Shown here piece by piece: positions 12,926 to 24,647 of a DNA stretch of 64,000 nucleotides. Position 1 is the stretch's first letter. Every line of letters begins with the position of its first letter. A model generated the notes under the pieces. That model had not been told where the DNA came from. It searched no databases and was given only the letters and a program-made list of their open reading frames with translations. This DNA is from Octopus vulgaris (lineage: Eukaryota), in contig OX597816.1 of the NCBI GenBank assembly GCA_951406725.2, forward strand, positions 4,526,001 through 4,590,000, given 5' to 3'. Both the position numbers and the translations under genes were made by a program.

Positions 12926-12962
12926 TCTTAGAGTGTCGTGCGAAATGTGTTTGGCAAATGTA

Positions 12963-13537
12963 TTGGGTTGTCCGGAAAGTTCGTGCCGATTTTTAAAGGA
13001 AAGAAAAAGGTCAATAAATACTTGCCATTACCCAAGCTTTACCAGGTGCTCATGAACGACGGATTTTGATAGGTTGAGGCTTTCTACCAATTCTCGGGTT
13101 GTGCAATGTGGGTAATTCTCAATTAATGACTTGATTTGGTCATCATCTGTAGTGGATGGTCTGCCCGATCGCTCTTTATCAATAAGACTACAATCTCCAG
13201 CCCGGAACCTTGCGAACCACTTCCGTACAGTTCTTTCGGATAAAGAAGCATCACCGTAAACTGCGCATATTTCTTTGGTTGCTTGTGAGGCTTTTGTTCC
13301 TGTTACGGAAAAAGAAAAGCATCAAGTGCCGAAAATGAACTTTCTTATCTTCCATTATAAAGGGTTACAGAATAAACACAATTTATAGCAGCATAAACCT
13401 TCTTCCTCGAAAAGATAGCTTAAACTGTGCTCTAAATGGAGGTGTAGTGAATTCCTATTTTATGAACTCAAGCATGTTCTAAAATAAGTCGAAAGATAAT
13501 CTACTATAAATCGGTACGAACTTTCCGGATAACCCAG
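12963..13537 (-). mobile_element. Internally deleted mariner (575 bp)
   Basis: TA TSDs; TIRs ttgggttgtccggaaagttcgtgccgattt / aaatcggtacgaactttccggataacccag; ATG at 13355 gives HTH region MEDKKVHFRHLML...ICAVYG...RKWFARF...RSGRP; catalytic domain deleted. Confidence 0.92.
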
Positions 13538-13544
13538 TATATTA

Positions 13545-14300
13545 TTGCATCTATATTTGGCTGAAAATTAGCGGGTTTTAGTCATACATTTCCGCAGTCT
13601 TCCACATCCTTACAAGTTCGCTGTTAATTCAGCACCACCCTTAATGCTCAAAGTTGTTTCAGGAGTTCACTGAACACCTTGGATAGCCACATCGATCCCC
13701 TTGGATCAATATTTATCACTTTCCTGATCGCTGATCTAAATAATGTTCCGTCACATAAGCACCAGGTCACACACATTTTGGTGAGAGGGGGAACGGGTGA
13801 TTAAATCGAACCCGGTAGTTATGTATTGACAACAGAAAGATGAAAGCAAAAGTTGATCGCAGCAGATTTTTGAACGCAGTAATCAAACAGGCAGCACAGA
13901 TATTGGATAGCAATGTGCCAATATTCTAAGAATTCGGTCAATCTATGCTCTAGGAATTTTCTAAATAATATAAGTTAACATATTATGTTGTATGTCGGGA
14001 GGGTTATTGTGCCAGTAATAAACACACGCACTGCTTCAATTTCACTTTTTTATTATTTGTTAATTACTTAATCATTTAATCAATTAACTAATAGATTGTT
14101 TGATTAATCATTCGGCTAACTCATTAGTCTGTTGTGCTTGCCAAAGCCCATTCGTCCACATTTAAAACCGCTTCAGTAATATGCCACCTTCAAGATCTGT
14201 GAAATTAGCATAAAATTATTATTAATATTATTTCTAACGATTTAGACGTTTGTTGATATATCTATCAAAAATCGGTTAATCCATAATGCAGGTGTGACTT
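13545..14300 (-). pseudogene. Decayed gene, paralog 2
   Basis: SGFKCGRMG at 14172-14146; LSKVFSELLKQL at 13686-13651; LKPANFQP. Colinear with paralogs 1 and 3; contains a decayed SINE B at about 13770-13950. Confidence 0.35.
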
Positions 14301-14552
14301 AGAGACACTTGCAGGTACGTAAACAAGAATGTCAAAACGTAGTTTTATTATTCTCTTATTTTTAAGACTTCATTTCCTGAATGTCCTTGACCACTGAATG
14401 ACTTTGGAAAAACTGAATGTCTGAAAAGAATAAATAATTTAGAATCAATTTGTAAGTCTTAAAAATAGTATTATCGAATCACGAAGTTGTAGAATATGAA
14501 TTATTCACATTAGAGGTGTGTGCGTGCGTGTGTATATATCTATCTATATGTG

Positions 14553-14584
<32 letters not shown>

Positions 14585-14588
<4 letters not shown>

Positions 14589-14634
14589 CAGGATGTAAGC
14601 TGGTGGTTTTAATTTAGACACAGACACAAACACA

Positions 14635-14673
<39 letters not shown>

Positions 14674-14720
14674 ACACGTGTGTGTGTCTAAATTAATAGC
14701 ACCACCTTATATCCTGACAA
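14585..14720. repeat. Small fold-back element in (TA)n with a CA/TG core
   Basis: ttatcaggatgtaagctggtggttttaatttagacaca versus tgtgtctaaattaatagcaccaccttatatcctgacaa. Confidence 0.85.
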
Positions 14721-14743
14721 GATATATATATAAGGAAAATAAC

Positions 14744-15220
14744 ACAAGGTAGAAAATGCTAAGCTAATTTTATGATGAAATGCATTTTGTAAGGGTTAGT
14801 ACCGGTTTCTGTCTTTTCGAGTTTTCTGACTAAGAGTAAAACGAATGTGAATATTAATTAAGAAGAAAAACAATTAAATTGAAGAAAAAGATGAAATGAA
14901 ATGTTTTGTAAATATTTCAATAGTCTTCAAATAGGTAGATTTTCCTTTTCTCTCTCTCTCTCCCTCTCTTTCTCCTTTTGTGAAGGTTCGGTAGGTAGTA
15001 GTAGATCTAAAGAAACAGTGCAGGGAAATATTTGGTTCTGATGCGTGATGGCTTAAGCAGCAGCAGCCGAGGAAGAAGAAGGTGAAAAAGGAGGAGGTGA
15101 AGAAGAAGAAGAAGAAGAAGAAGAAGAAGAAGAAGAAGAAGAAGAAGAGTTTTCTTCTTCTTCCTCTCTTCCTACTCCTCCTCTTCTGCTACTGCCTACC
15201 TTATGAGCCTTCACAAAGGA

Positions 15221-15253
<33 letters not shown>

Positions 15254-15452
15254 AAATCTACCTATTTGAAGACTATTGAAATATTTACAAAACATTTCAT
15301 TTCATCTTTTTCTTCAATTTAATTGTTTTTCTTCTTAATTAATATTCACCTTCGTTTTACTCTTAGTCAGAAAACTCGAAAAGTCAGAAACCGGTACTAA
15401 TCCTTACAAAATGTATTTCATGATAAAATTAGTTTAGCATTTTCTACCTTGT
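14744..15452. repeat. Large inverted repeat (about 260-bp arms) around a (GAA)n spacer; probable Penelope-like inverted end
   Basis: Arms 14744-15003 and 15186-15452 are near reverse complements; each has a GAAA-ccgg-TA hammerhead-like 3' half. Confidence 0.88.
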
Positions 15453-15523
15453 CTTATTACCGTGAGTACCGTTGGCGATTTTTCCCCTCTGTCTTCCCTT
15501 CTCTGGATCTTTCCTTCTCCTAT

Positions 15524-15558
15524 GTTTCTGACGAAGAGCTCCGCTCGAAACGTTAAAC
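15524..15558 (+). ncRNA. Minimal type I hammerhead ribozyme
   Basis: gttt-CTGACGA-a-gagc-tcc-gctc-GAAAC-GTT-aaac: stem I gttt/aaac, stem II gagc/gctc, palindromic ACGT stem III. Confidence 0.8.
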
Positions 15559-15655
15559 CCTCCTTCTTTCCTTCTTTCTTGAGCGTCCAATAATACTATA
15601 TTTGTTCCACGTTCTCGCGTTGTTGTGTTTTTTGTGCTTTCTTGTTTGGATTAAC

Positions 15656-15708
<53 letters not shown>

Positions 15709-16163
15709 TATCTAAATGTACACATATATACATACATATATGTACATACCTACATATATATGTATATATACATGCATATATGGGTACAGGACATCAAGAA
15801 AGTTAACTGAGTTATGTTCATCTTCTGTAGATATTGAATCCTACGTTTTCAAAGAACCTAAAAATTTTTCCGTATATTTTTCTATGTCCCAGTTTGATGG
15901 GTTAAACATGGTGAAAAGAGCATCATCCTTGTATAGACTCCGCACCCACTATTTCTGTGAGTTCCTTATACAGACAAAATAAAATGTATATCCCTACTAA
16001 GTCTGTTACCTATATACATACATATGTATATATATTTATATATATATATATATTATATTAAATTAGAGACAAAAGAGACCACTATTATGCAAATCAAACA
16101 AAGAAAGACTTAAGCCAATACATAAATTATTTATATAAATTTAGAAATTTAACAATTATAAAT

Positions 16164-16224
16164 AACCACTACGATCGTTTCATGTCTTATTTCAGCACAT
16201 CTTTGAGACATTCTTCAGGTGGTT
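16164..16224 (-). ncRNA. Type I hammerhead ribozyme
   Basis: Minus strand aaccac-CTGAAGA-atgtct...agacat-GAAA-cgatcg-TA-gtggtt: 6-bp stems I and II, palindromic stem III, GUA site. Confidence 0.9.
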
Positions 16225-16597
16225 TCAAAACGAATAACAAGTCCTGGGGTCGATTTCTTCAACTAAAACCCTTTAAGGCAGTGCTCCAGCATGGCTGCAG
16301 TCAGATGACTAAGGTGCCATGCAGCAGAGCAGAACTCCGAACTGCATAGTTACAAAGCGTACATCTTAGCAACACAACCATACCCTGTAGATTAAAATGG
16401 CAGATTTAGTACATTTTAAGTATTGATTCTCTTTCTCCATGATCTCCTTGAGATTCCAACTACATCTCTTGCTCCCAAAACATGAGTTATAATTCCTTAA
16501 TGTTGCAGCAGAATATATGTGTAAAATGGCAAATGTTTGTGCAGTTGTCCGAAATGGAACCAGGGTAAATGTGTGGAACTGATGTATTATAATGAAT

Positions 16598-17000
16598 AGG
16601 AGTGGCTGTGTGGTAAGTAGCTTGCTAACCAACCACATGGTTCCGGGTTCAGTCCCACTGCGTGGCATCTTGGGCAAGTGTCTTCTGCTATAGCCCCGGG
16701 CCGACCAATGCCTTGTGAGTGGATTTGGTAGACGGAAACTGAAAGAAGCCTGTTGTATATATGTATATATATATGTATGTGTGTGTGTTTGTGTGTCTGT
16801 CCCCCTAGCATTGCTTGACAACCGATGCTGGTGTGTTTGCGTCCCCGTCACATAGCGGTTCGGCAAAAGAGACCGATAGAATAAGTACTGGGCTTACAAA
16901 GAATAAGTCCCGGGGTCGATTTGCTCGACTGAAGGCGGTGCTCCAGCATGGCCGCAGTCAAATGACTGAAACAAGTAGAAGAGTAAAGAGTAAAGAGAGA
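16598..17000 (+). mobile_element. SINE family C, full length
   Basis: Matches 12055 and 53063 copies. Confidence 0.95.
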
Positions 17001-17056
17001 GTCCTTCTTCTTGTGAATATTAATTTGATTAATATGAACTTGTATTAATATGAACT

Positions 17057-17096
<40 letters not shown>

Positions 17097-17120
17097 GGTA
17101 TGTAGAAAAATACAACAAGG

Positions 17121-17158
<38 letters not shown>

Positions 17159-17868
17159 TATGTGTGTGTGTGTGTGTGTGTATCTTTTATCCTTTATCGT
17201 TTGTCCTTTATCTTTTACTTGTCAGGCAATTTCTTTCGAGGGTCTAGCGTTATGAATGAAGAATGTGAAGTTAGATGCAAGAAAGTTTATGATTAAGTTT
17301 TGAAATAATTTAGGGAGATTGTGCATAATGATAATATAAAAGACATTATGAGTGGTTGATTAGGAAAGTTTGATAGTGGTTTTATTGAATATATTGTTGT
17401 TGGGTGAAAAGTCTAAGTTTTATAACTTGTAGAAATATGATAATTTCGGGTGGTTTATGGGTGCACTAGACATTGTACAGCTAAAAATACTCGCATGAAC
17501 CAAACTTAGGGTGAAAGAAGCAACTTTTCTGATCCTGGATTTTGTTTTTCTTGTACTATTCCAGAAATAATAATGGAGAAATTTGTATCAGTTTTCGTCA
17601 AGTAAAGAATATAAAATAAAGACTTGGAGGAATGAATCATTAGACTGGAGTCAGTTTGACAAAATTATTTCTGTAAGGATTTAAATAGAACAGAGGCTTT
17701 CACTGCAATAAAATGCCAATTCCATCTTCAATTACCAATTTATTGGTTATGTATTCAGCAGAAGAATTAATGTTGTTTAGTACTACAGGATGTATTCTTC
17801 TTTACAAAAGTTTGAGACAGAGAAATAGAGAAGACACGGATTTGGTTCTTGTTGGTTTCATAAAGATA

Positions 17869-19108
17869 CGAGGGACGTTCAATAAGTAATGCCTCTGACC
17901 CACTTGCAGTTGTTTGATCTAGCTGAAATTTTGCATGTGCAATTATTTATATCTCTATAGATTAAGTGGCAAATTACAACTCTGAACTAATTGTGTTTTC
18001 TGATTTACAGAGGTTTGAACTGAGTCAAGTGTGAAATGGAGCCTGTTGAGTGTTGAGCAGTGATCCGGGTTTTGTATTTGAAAGGACGCACACCACGGGA
18101 GACTTTTGATGAAATGAAAGTAACTTATGGTGATGATGCCCCATCATATGACCTTGTAAAACGCTGGCATTGTGAATTCAAATATGGTCGGAACTCTGTG
18201 GAAACAGCTCCCTGATCTGGTCGCCCCCCTTCTGCAATTGATGAGGCATCTGTCTGTCAAGTTGAGGCTGCCATTTTGGAAGATCGACGCATAACTATTC
18301 GCCAAATAGCCCATGAGGTCAAGATTAGTACCGGGTCTGTGGAAACTATCATTCATTCCATTTACATATGCAAAAGGTGTCTGCCAGATGGATTTCCATG
18401 TTGCTTACACCTTTCCAGAAGCAAGAACGCGTCGAGTGCTCGAGGATGAATTTGGAGATGTGCCAAGAAGATGAGTCAAAGTTTTTCAAAAGACTGATTA
18501 CACAGGATGAAACCTGGGTCCATCACTATGATCCAGAGACCAAAGCCCAGTCAATGCAGTGGAAGCACCGTGACTCACCTCCTCCAAAGAAGGCAAGGGT
18601 GCAGCCCTCCACTGGCAAGGTCATGCTCACAGTCTTCTGGGACCAGGACGGAGTAGTGATGACATATTTCCTGGCAAAGGGTACCACAATTACAGGAGCC
18701 TATTATGCTTCACTTTTGAGGAAATTAAGAGAAGCTATCAAAATCAGCAAAGGTATCCTCCTCCTGCAGGACAACGCTCCGGTTCACATCTCGCGTGTCA
18801 CCAGATCAGAAGCACAGGCGTGCGGCTATGAACTCCTCCCCCATCCCCCCAACTCTCCTGACCTTGCACCCTCTGACTTTCACCTCTTCCTAGCCATGAA
18901 GTTGTCTTTGAAAGGAAAGCGTTTCCCAGATGATGCAGCCTTGATTTCTGAAGTCACGTCGTGGTTGGAGGACCAAGCTGGGGTTTTCTACAAAAACGGT
19001 CTCCAGAGCTGCATCAAACAATGGGAGAAATGCGTAACTCTGGGTGGTTCCTATGTAGAAACTGCTATGGGAAGTGGGTCAGGGGTATTACTTATTGAAC
19101 GCCCCTCG
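17869..19108 (+). mobile_element. Full-length mariner transposon (1240 bp)
   Basis: TA TSDs at 17867-68 and 19109-10; TIRs cgagggacgttcaataagtaatgcctctgacccactt / aagtgggtcaggggtattacttattgaacgcccctcg. Confidence 0.97.
18036..19062 (+). pseudogene. Mariner D,D34D transposase, disabled
   Basis: MEPVEC*AVIR...HTH...*SGRP, frameshift near 18356, then DETW, QDNA and HPPNSPDLAPSDFHLF; premature stops. Confidence 0.95.
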
Positions 19109-19440
19109 TATTTAATATTTTATTTGAACTTACTAACAGGTTATTGTTCTTCTTCAAGTCATTTGCAGCTTTTATTTCCTGTATAAATACTAAAAGCAAA
19201 TACTTACATATTTAAATATTTCTAATACAAGGATAAATTTTTTTTAAAAATTTTATCAGTGGCCAGTATACGAAAAATATTTTTAAGGTGAAATTATAAG
19301 CACAATTATAAATAAGGACAAAAGAAAAAAATTCTTTGTCAATATGCTGAAAAATGGACGCTAAATTTAGCGTCTATTTTTCAGCATATTGGCAAAGAAT
19401 TATTTTTCTTTTGCCCTGATTTATAATTGTACATATTTAG

Positions 19441-19471
<31 letters not shown>

Positions 19472-19818
19472 TGTATGTATGTATGTATGTATGTATGTAT
19501 GTATGCATGCATGTATGTATGTATGTATTTGACCACTTTGAATGAACAGCACATGGAATCTACGTCTCCACACTTTCCATTTGTGATGACAAAATATGAA
19601 CTCCTATCGGAATTTACATACCACGGACAGGAAGCATTTCTACTACTTCTACACATAACTTTCCTTGGATAATGGAACTATAACTGTAACATCCTACATA
19701 TATTTTTACTTTTACATTTATTCACTTATTTTCCTTTGTACTTCTTATTTTCATCCTTTTCCAAAATAACTCCTTATATTGAACTCTACTATTTCCCTCT
19801 ATTTAACCATCTCACATC

Positions 19819-19866
19819 GTCTCTGATGAAGGGATATCCATAATATCCCAGAAACAGCTGTAAGAC
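19819..19866 (+). ncRNA. Type I hammerhead ribozyme
   Basis: gtct-CTGATGA-a-gggatat-ccata-atatccc-a-GAAA-cagctg-TA-agac: all core nucleotides, 7-bp stem II, palindromic stem III. Confidence 0.9.
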
Positions 19867-19963
19867 TAACTTACACTTTATAAATGTCCTGAGAATTCTA
19901 TTCAGCCTTGACTTTGTTGTCTCATTGTATTTAACACACAAACACACACACACACATATCATC

Positions 19964-20012
<49 letters not shown>

Positions 20013-20015
<3 letters not shown>

Positions 20016-20272
20016 ATCAAAATAAAAACATGATGCCAAGGATTCAGCGGTACATATGTTTCGGGCCTTTATTAGACAGATTTATAACAATGCATAATGT
20101 ATGTCTGTGGCCTTCTTCAGCCGCGCACAACAGCTTCCACAAGGACATGTGTTACATCAAAAATTCTGAAGAAGGCCACAGACATACATTATGCATTGTT
20201 ATAAATCTGTCTAATAAAGGCCCGAAACATATGTACCGCTGAATCCTTGGCATCATGTTTTTATTTTGATCA

Positions 20273-20273
<1 letters not shown>
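20013..20273. repeat. Perfect 108-bp inverted repeat with 45-bp spacer, embedded in (TA)n
   Basis: Arms 20013-20120 and 20166-20273 read as exact reverse complements. Confidence 0.95.
20047..20124 (-). ncRNA. Type I hammerhead ribozyme (intact copy of the inverted repeat)
   Basis: Minus strand gcgg-CTGAAGA-a-ggcc...ggcc-c-GAAA-catatg-TA-ccgc; the plus-strand twin 20166-20239 lacks the 5' strand of stem I. Confidence 0.85.
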
Positions 20274-20332
<59 letters not shown>

Positions 20333-20777
20333 CCGGCTTCTTTCAACTTGCGTCAACCAAATCCGTTCACAAGGCTTTTGTCAGCCCGGGGCTATAGTAG
20401 AAAACACGTGCCCAAGGGTCCATGCAATGGGAGGGCTAACAAACAAAAGCATGATATACTTTAGAGTTAGACGAAATAAAATCACCCCAGAAGCGATCAC
20501 AAGAGCAGCAGACCGTATTTATAGGTCTGCCAGGTTTTCTATTGTTAAAAAATATTCGTGTTTATCAAAATGGTGATGTAAGAAGCAGTATTCCTGGTTC
20601 TGGATTTCATGGTACTTGTGTTATTCCAGAATGGTAATGGTAATCTTGGTAGGATAAAAAATTTAGAATAAAGGCTGATACAAATACGATACAGAATTTA
20701 AAATAAAGGTTGATACAAGAACACTACATTGATATGCTACCATTATGGTTTAACCATTTAGGGTACTTGTATCACTT

Positions 20778-21082
20778 CGTGGAGGCGCGTGGCTTAGTGT
20801 TTAGGATGTTGAACTCATGAACGTAAGGTTGTGGTTTCGATTCCTAGACCGGGCGATGCGTTGTGTTCTTGAGCAAAACATTCCATTTCACATTGCTCCA
20901 GTCCACTCAGCTGGCAAAAATGAGTAAACCTGCGACGGACCGGCGTCCCGTCCAGGTGGGGAACTTCTACGCCATTGAAACCGGGAAACCGGCTCTTATG
21001 AGCATGGCATGGTTTGAGAAGGAACATTTATTTATGTAAAAAAAATAGGTATTTCGTCTGTCTCTAAAAAGGTAAAGAAATA
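20778..21082 (+). mobile_element. tRNA-derived SINE, family A-related head with a different body
   Basis: ggaggcgcgtggcttagtg head; 16-bp TSD ggtacttgtatcactt at 20762-20777 and 21083-21098. Confidence 0.88.
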
Positions 21083-21165
21083 GGTACTTGTATCACTTTC
21101 GAAATGAAATTGGAATCTCTAGTCTGAAGTAAAAATAGATAATATATTTAAAAGAAAATAAACTA

Positions 21166-21433
21166 ACACTCTGTCGGTTACGATGACGAGTGTTCCAGTG
21201 ATCCGATCAACGGAACAGTTTCCCCGTGAAATTAATGTGCAAGTGGCTGAGTACTCCACAGACATGTGTACTCTCAACGTTGCTCTAATGAAGATTCAGC
21301 CATGACACAGAATGTGACGAGGCTGGCCCCTTTTGAATCACAGGTACAACTCATTTTTGCTAGCTGAGTGGACTGGATCACGACCTCACGATTATGAGCT
21401 GAATATACCTAACCACTGAGCCATGCACCTCCA
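21166..21433 (-). mobile_element. Diverged, deleted SINE A subfamily copy
   Basis: Family A 3' body plus cctaaccactgagccatgcacctcc head. Confidence 0.8.
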
Positions 21434-21810
21434 CACAGACAATATATAAACAAACTGCTGAGATGCAAAGTAGGCGTCTAAACAGAACAACTTCGAATTA
21501 TGTAATAAAAGCTGCTCTTTTTTACAAAAACATTGTGCGTGCTTCATGTTCGTAGCTTGTTTAAACCGCAGCTTCTGGCGTTTGAACAACTTATGCTAAG
21601 AATTTCGTACTGATAATGGTTTATTACTGAACCGATTCTACAACATAATTCAGATTTATACACACATACAAGCATGCATATATACGTACACACACACACA
21701 TATACATATGTGTGTGTGTATGTATGTATGTAAATATATATATACATACATATATATATGTATATATATATATACATACATATATATATATATTTATATA
21801 TATATATATA

Positions 21811-22000
21811 TCATCATCATCATTATCATCATCATTGTCGCTTAACGTTTGCTTTCCATGCTGGCATGGGTTGGACGGTTTGACTGCGGACTGGCAAGCC
21901 AGAAGGTCGCACCAGGCTCTAATCTGATCTGGTAAGGTTTCTACAGCTGGATGCCCTTCCTAACGCTAACCATCTGAAAGCCAGTTGAGGGGCACTGGCA
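21811..22000 (-). mobile_element. RTE 3'-UTR repeat (family D) with (GAT)n tail
   Basis: ttccatgctggcatgggttggacgg...ctacagctggatgcccttcctaac. Confidence 0.85.
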
Positions 22001-22010
22001 TCTAACCACG

Positions 22011-22044
<34 letters not shown>

Positions 22045-22413
22045 CAAACACACACACATAGAGCAAATAAGAAAATGGTGAGGATGCAAAAACGACATAC
22101 ATCAGCCGGTAGACATCCTAGTACGTTAGTGCATACGTATGTATTCTAATAATTTCTAATACTTTTGAATAAATAAACATACTACAATGTCTACCGACTG
22201 ATCTATGTCGTTTTTGCATCCTCTCCGTTTTCTTATTTGCTGTATAAATTAAGGGTAAAACCTTTTTCATCCTCGCCCATTTATAACACTCGATTGCGAG
22301 ATTGCCACGCAATAACCAGCATTTGGGTACGAATAACTGGGTACACTACCAGCAGTATATTGGATAGGTACTATCCCTAAGTTGGTTGACTTCCCAACCC
22401 CTAACTCTCACGG

Positions 22414-22464
<51 letters not shown>

Positions 22465-23122
22465 ACTTATAAATAAGGGCAAAAGAAAAAAATTCTAATA
22501 CCAAATATGCCGAAAATAGACTTAAATCGTCAATAACCATATAATTCATCACTATAAGCACGCGTCTCGAAGTAAGCCGACAGAAATTTCTTTAAAATTC
22601 CATTATTTTCATATCGGCCCCGATTTCAGTTAATTCCTAAGCATTTTCTCCTCGTCAGCGATAAATACGGTAAGTAATAAATGAAATACTTATACCCATG
22701 GAAGAAGCAAACACTCACACATATACATGCTAGGCAGTCGGATGATGGCTTAGCTGGTTGAAACTTTGAAGTCACTCTCAATAATATTCAATAATATTAA
22801 GAATAATATTCAATAATAATGAGACTAATATTCAATAATATTAAGAATAATAAATTTGCACTCCACAAAAGTCTAGAGTAAGCTATCAGAAATTGTGAAA
22901 TTGATTTTATTATAACTAAACATAAACACAAACATTAACACACCCACACACACTCATTCACACACACACATACACACACACACACACATACATTCATACA
23001 TAAACATATATACATACATACATAACGGGAAGCTTTATGAAAATAGACAAAAGACGAAGGCAGGTGGAAAACAAACAAACAATTGTATTAGTATGGCGCT
23101 CAGGAAATATAAATAAAACAAG

Positions 23123-23160
23123 TCTTTAACGTTTCGAGCCTACGCTCTTCAACAGAAAGA
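23123..23160 (-). ncRNA. Minimal hammerhead with CUGUUGA core variant
   Basis: Minus strand tcttt-CTGTTGA-a-gagc-gtag-gctc-GAAAC-GTT-aaaga; same architecture as 15524 with one core substitution. Confidence 0.65.
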
Positions 23161-24647
23161 TACACAGAGAGAAAAAAAACACAGAAAGAAGGAGAGAAAA
23201 AAATGCGTGCAGTAACTACATACCTACGTACATACATACAGTAAAAGTATGCAAGACTTTTCTCAAGTTCCGAATGTCAATTTGTCTGTGTTAACTACAT
23301 TCCAAAGATGGAGCCTTGTATCTTTGTTGGAAACCAGCTTCCTCCTCAGTGGAAGATTTATAACAATTAAAAAATAGATGAGACATACATACATACATAC
23401 ATACATACATGCATAAATACGTATGTGAAGTATCAGTCACTCACTACACATATATATATGTTTTACTAAAACGTAATTATCTACATTCCCACAATTCATA
23501 CGACCGGAACTTAAATTATTCCTCTTCTTCCTCCTCCTCCTCATTATTATTCTGTTCTTCCCTCTCCTTTCTCTCCTCTTCCTCGTTATCACCGTCATCA
23601 TTCTCCATTCCTTCTTTCATAATAGCATAATTTAAACAGGTCACACAGTGTGTCTCGCAATCGTCTTTTGGCCCCTGCCACATACACAAACACCCAAAGC
23701 ACACACACACACACAGATACATTCACAGTATCTGGTATTTTTGTTTCACGAAAAAGTTAGTCAGCAATGAGTTTCCTCTACCCTCCATCACCTCCGTTCG
23801 ATCCTCTCATTCTTTGGCATGGTTTCTCCTGCCCAGCCACACGTGTTCACTGCCACAAACCATTTCACAGCGGAGAGTAATTCTAGTTCTGAATGCCACA
23901 AACACAGGTAGGTTGTGTCTGTTTAAGAAGATCAAAGTGTCGCTTCTCCTTTACATCACCCCTATTCATTCTTTATCTGGAATTATCTTTTTACACACAC
24001 ACCCCACCCCTGGATGTATTTCCTATCACAAAGCATTGATTGTGTGCATTTTTAACAATCCACAAGCACTGACGAGGTTGTCACTAACAAAACATAGTGA
24101 CCCTTCTGCTGTACAACAATAGAAAGTGGTCTCATTACCTTTATCTATTTCATAAATCAATCAGTTTTCGCTGATTAGTTTAAAGAATTTCTTTTTATCA
24201 AGACTCTTTTTTTTCTATTATTTAATAGCTGCAGTATCAATGCATTAAAAAAAACATTACTGCAAAACTGTCTAAATAACACTAATTAGCGAGTACTATT
24301 TAAATCTTTTTTTTTAATGACTTTTAGTGTTTATAGATGTAACTGTCGAAAACCACTTAGATGGTTAGCCAAGTGTGACAGGAAGTCAGTTAACTTAATT
24401 TAAAATTCATAACAAATTGTGTGAATGGAGAAAATTTAAACTGATTCCTGGTGTAAAATATACATTAACGTAACATTTGTTCATATGTGAGGCATTTACA
24501 CTGAACTAAGTAAATTTTTTTTCCATTTAAAGTACATAAAATTGAGTACAATTAGCATCACCATATTTAGTATTTGGTGTACGTTGTCCTCTCAAGAAGC
24601 GAGACTTGATGTAAATTGAAGAATCATGTTTAATATGGCGTCCTTAT

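Noticed and set aside
18368-19186. 272-aa ORF as an active transposase or SETMAR-like host gene
   Set aside because: Upstream part has stops and a frameshift, the ORF runs through the TIR, and there is no SET domain.
22553-22663. Minus-strand CTGACGA...GAGACGCGTG next to (TA)n
   Set aside because: Core and stem I are mutated; counted only as a decayed hammerhead.
23245-23356. Minus-strand CTGAGGA...GAAA
   Set aside because: No convincing stem I or cleavage triplet.
24069-24110. CTGACGA followed by a 7-bp stem (gtcacta/tagtgac)
   Set aside because: No GAAA or NUH downstream; not a hammerhead.
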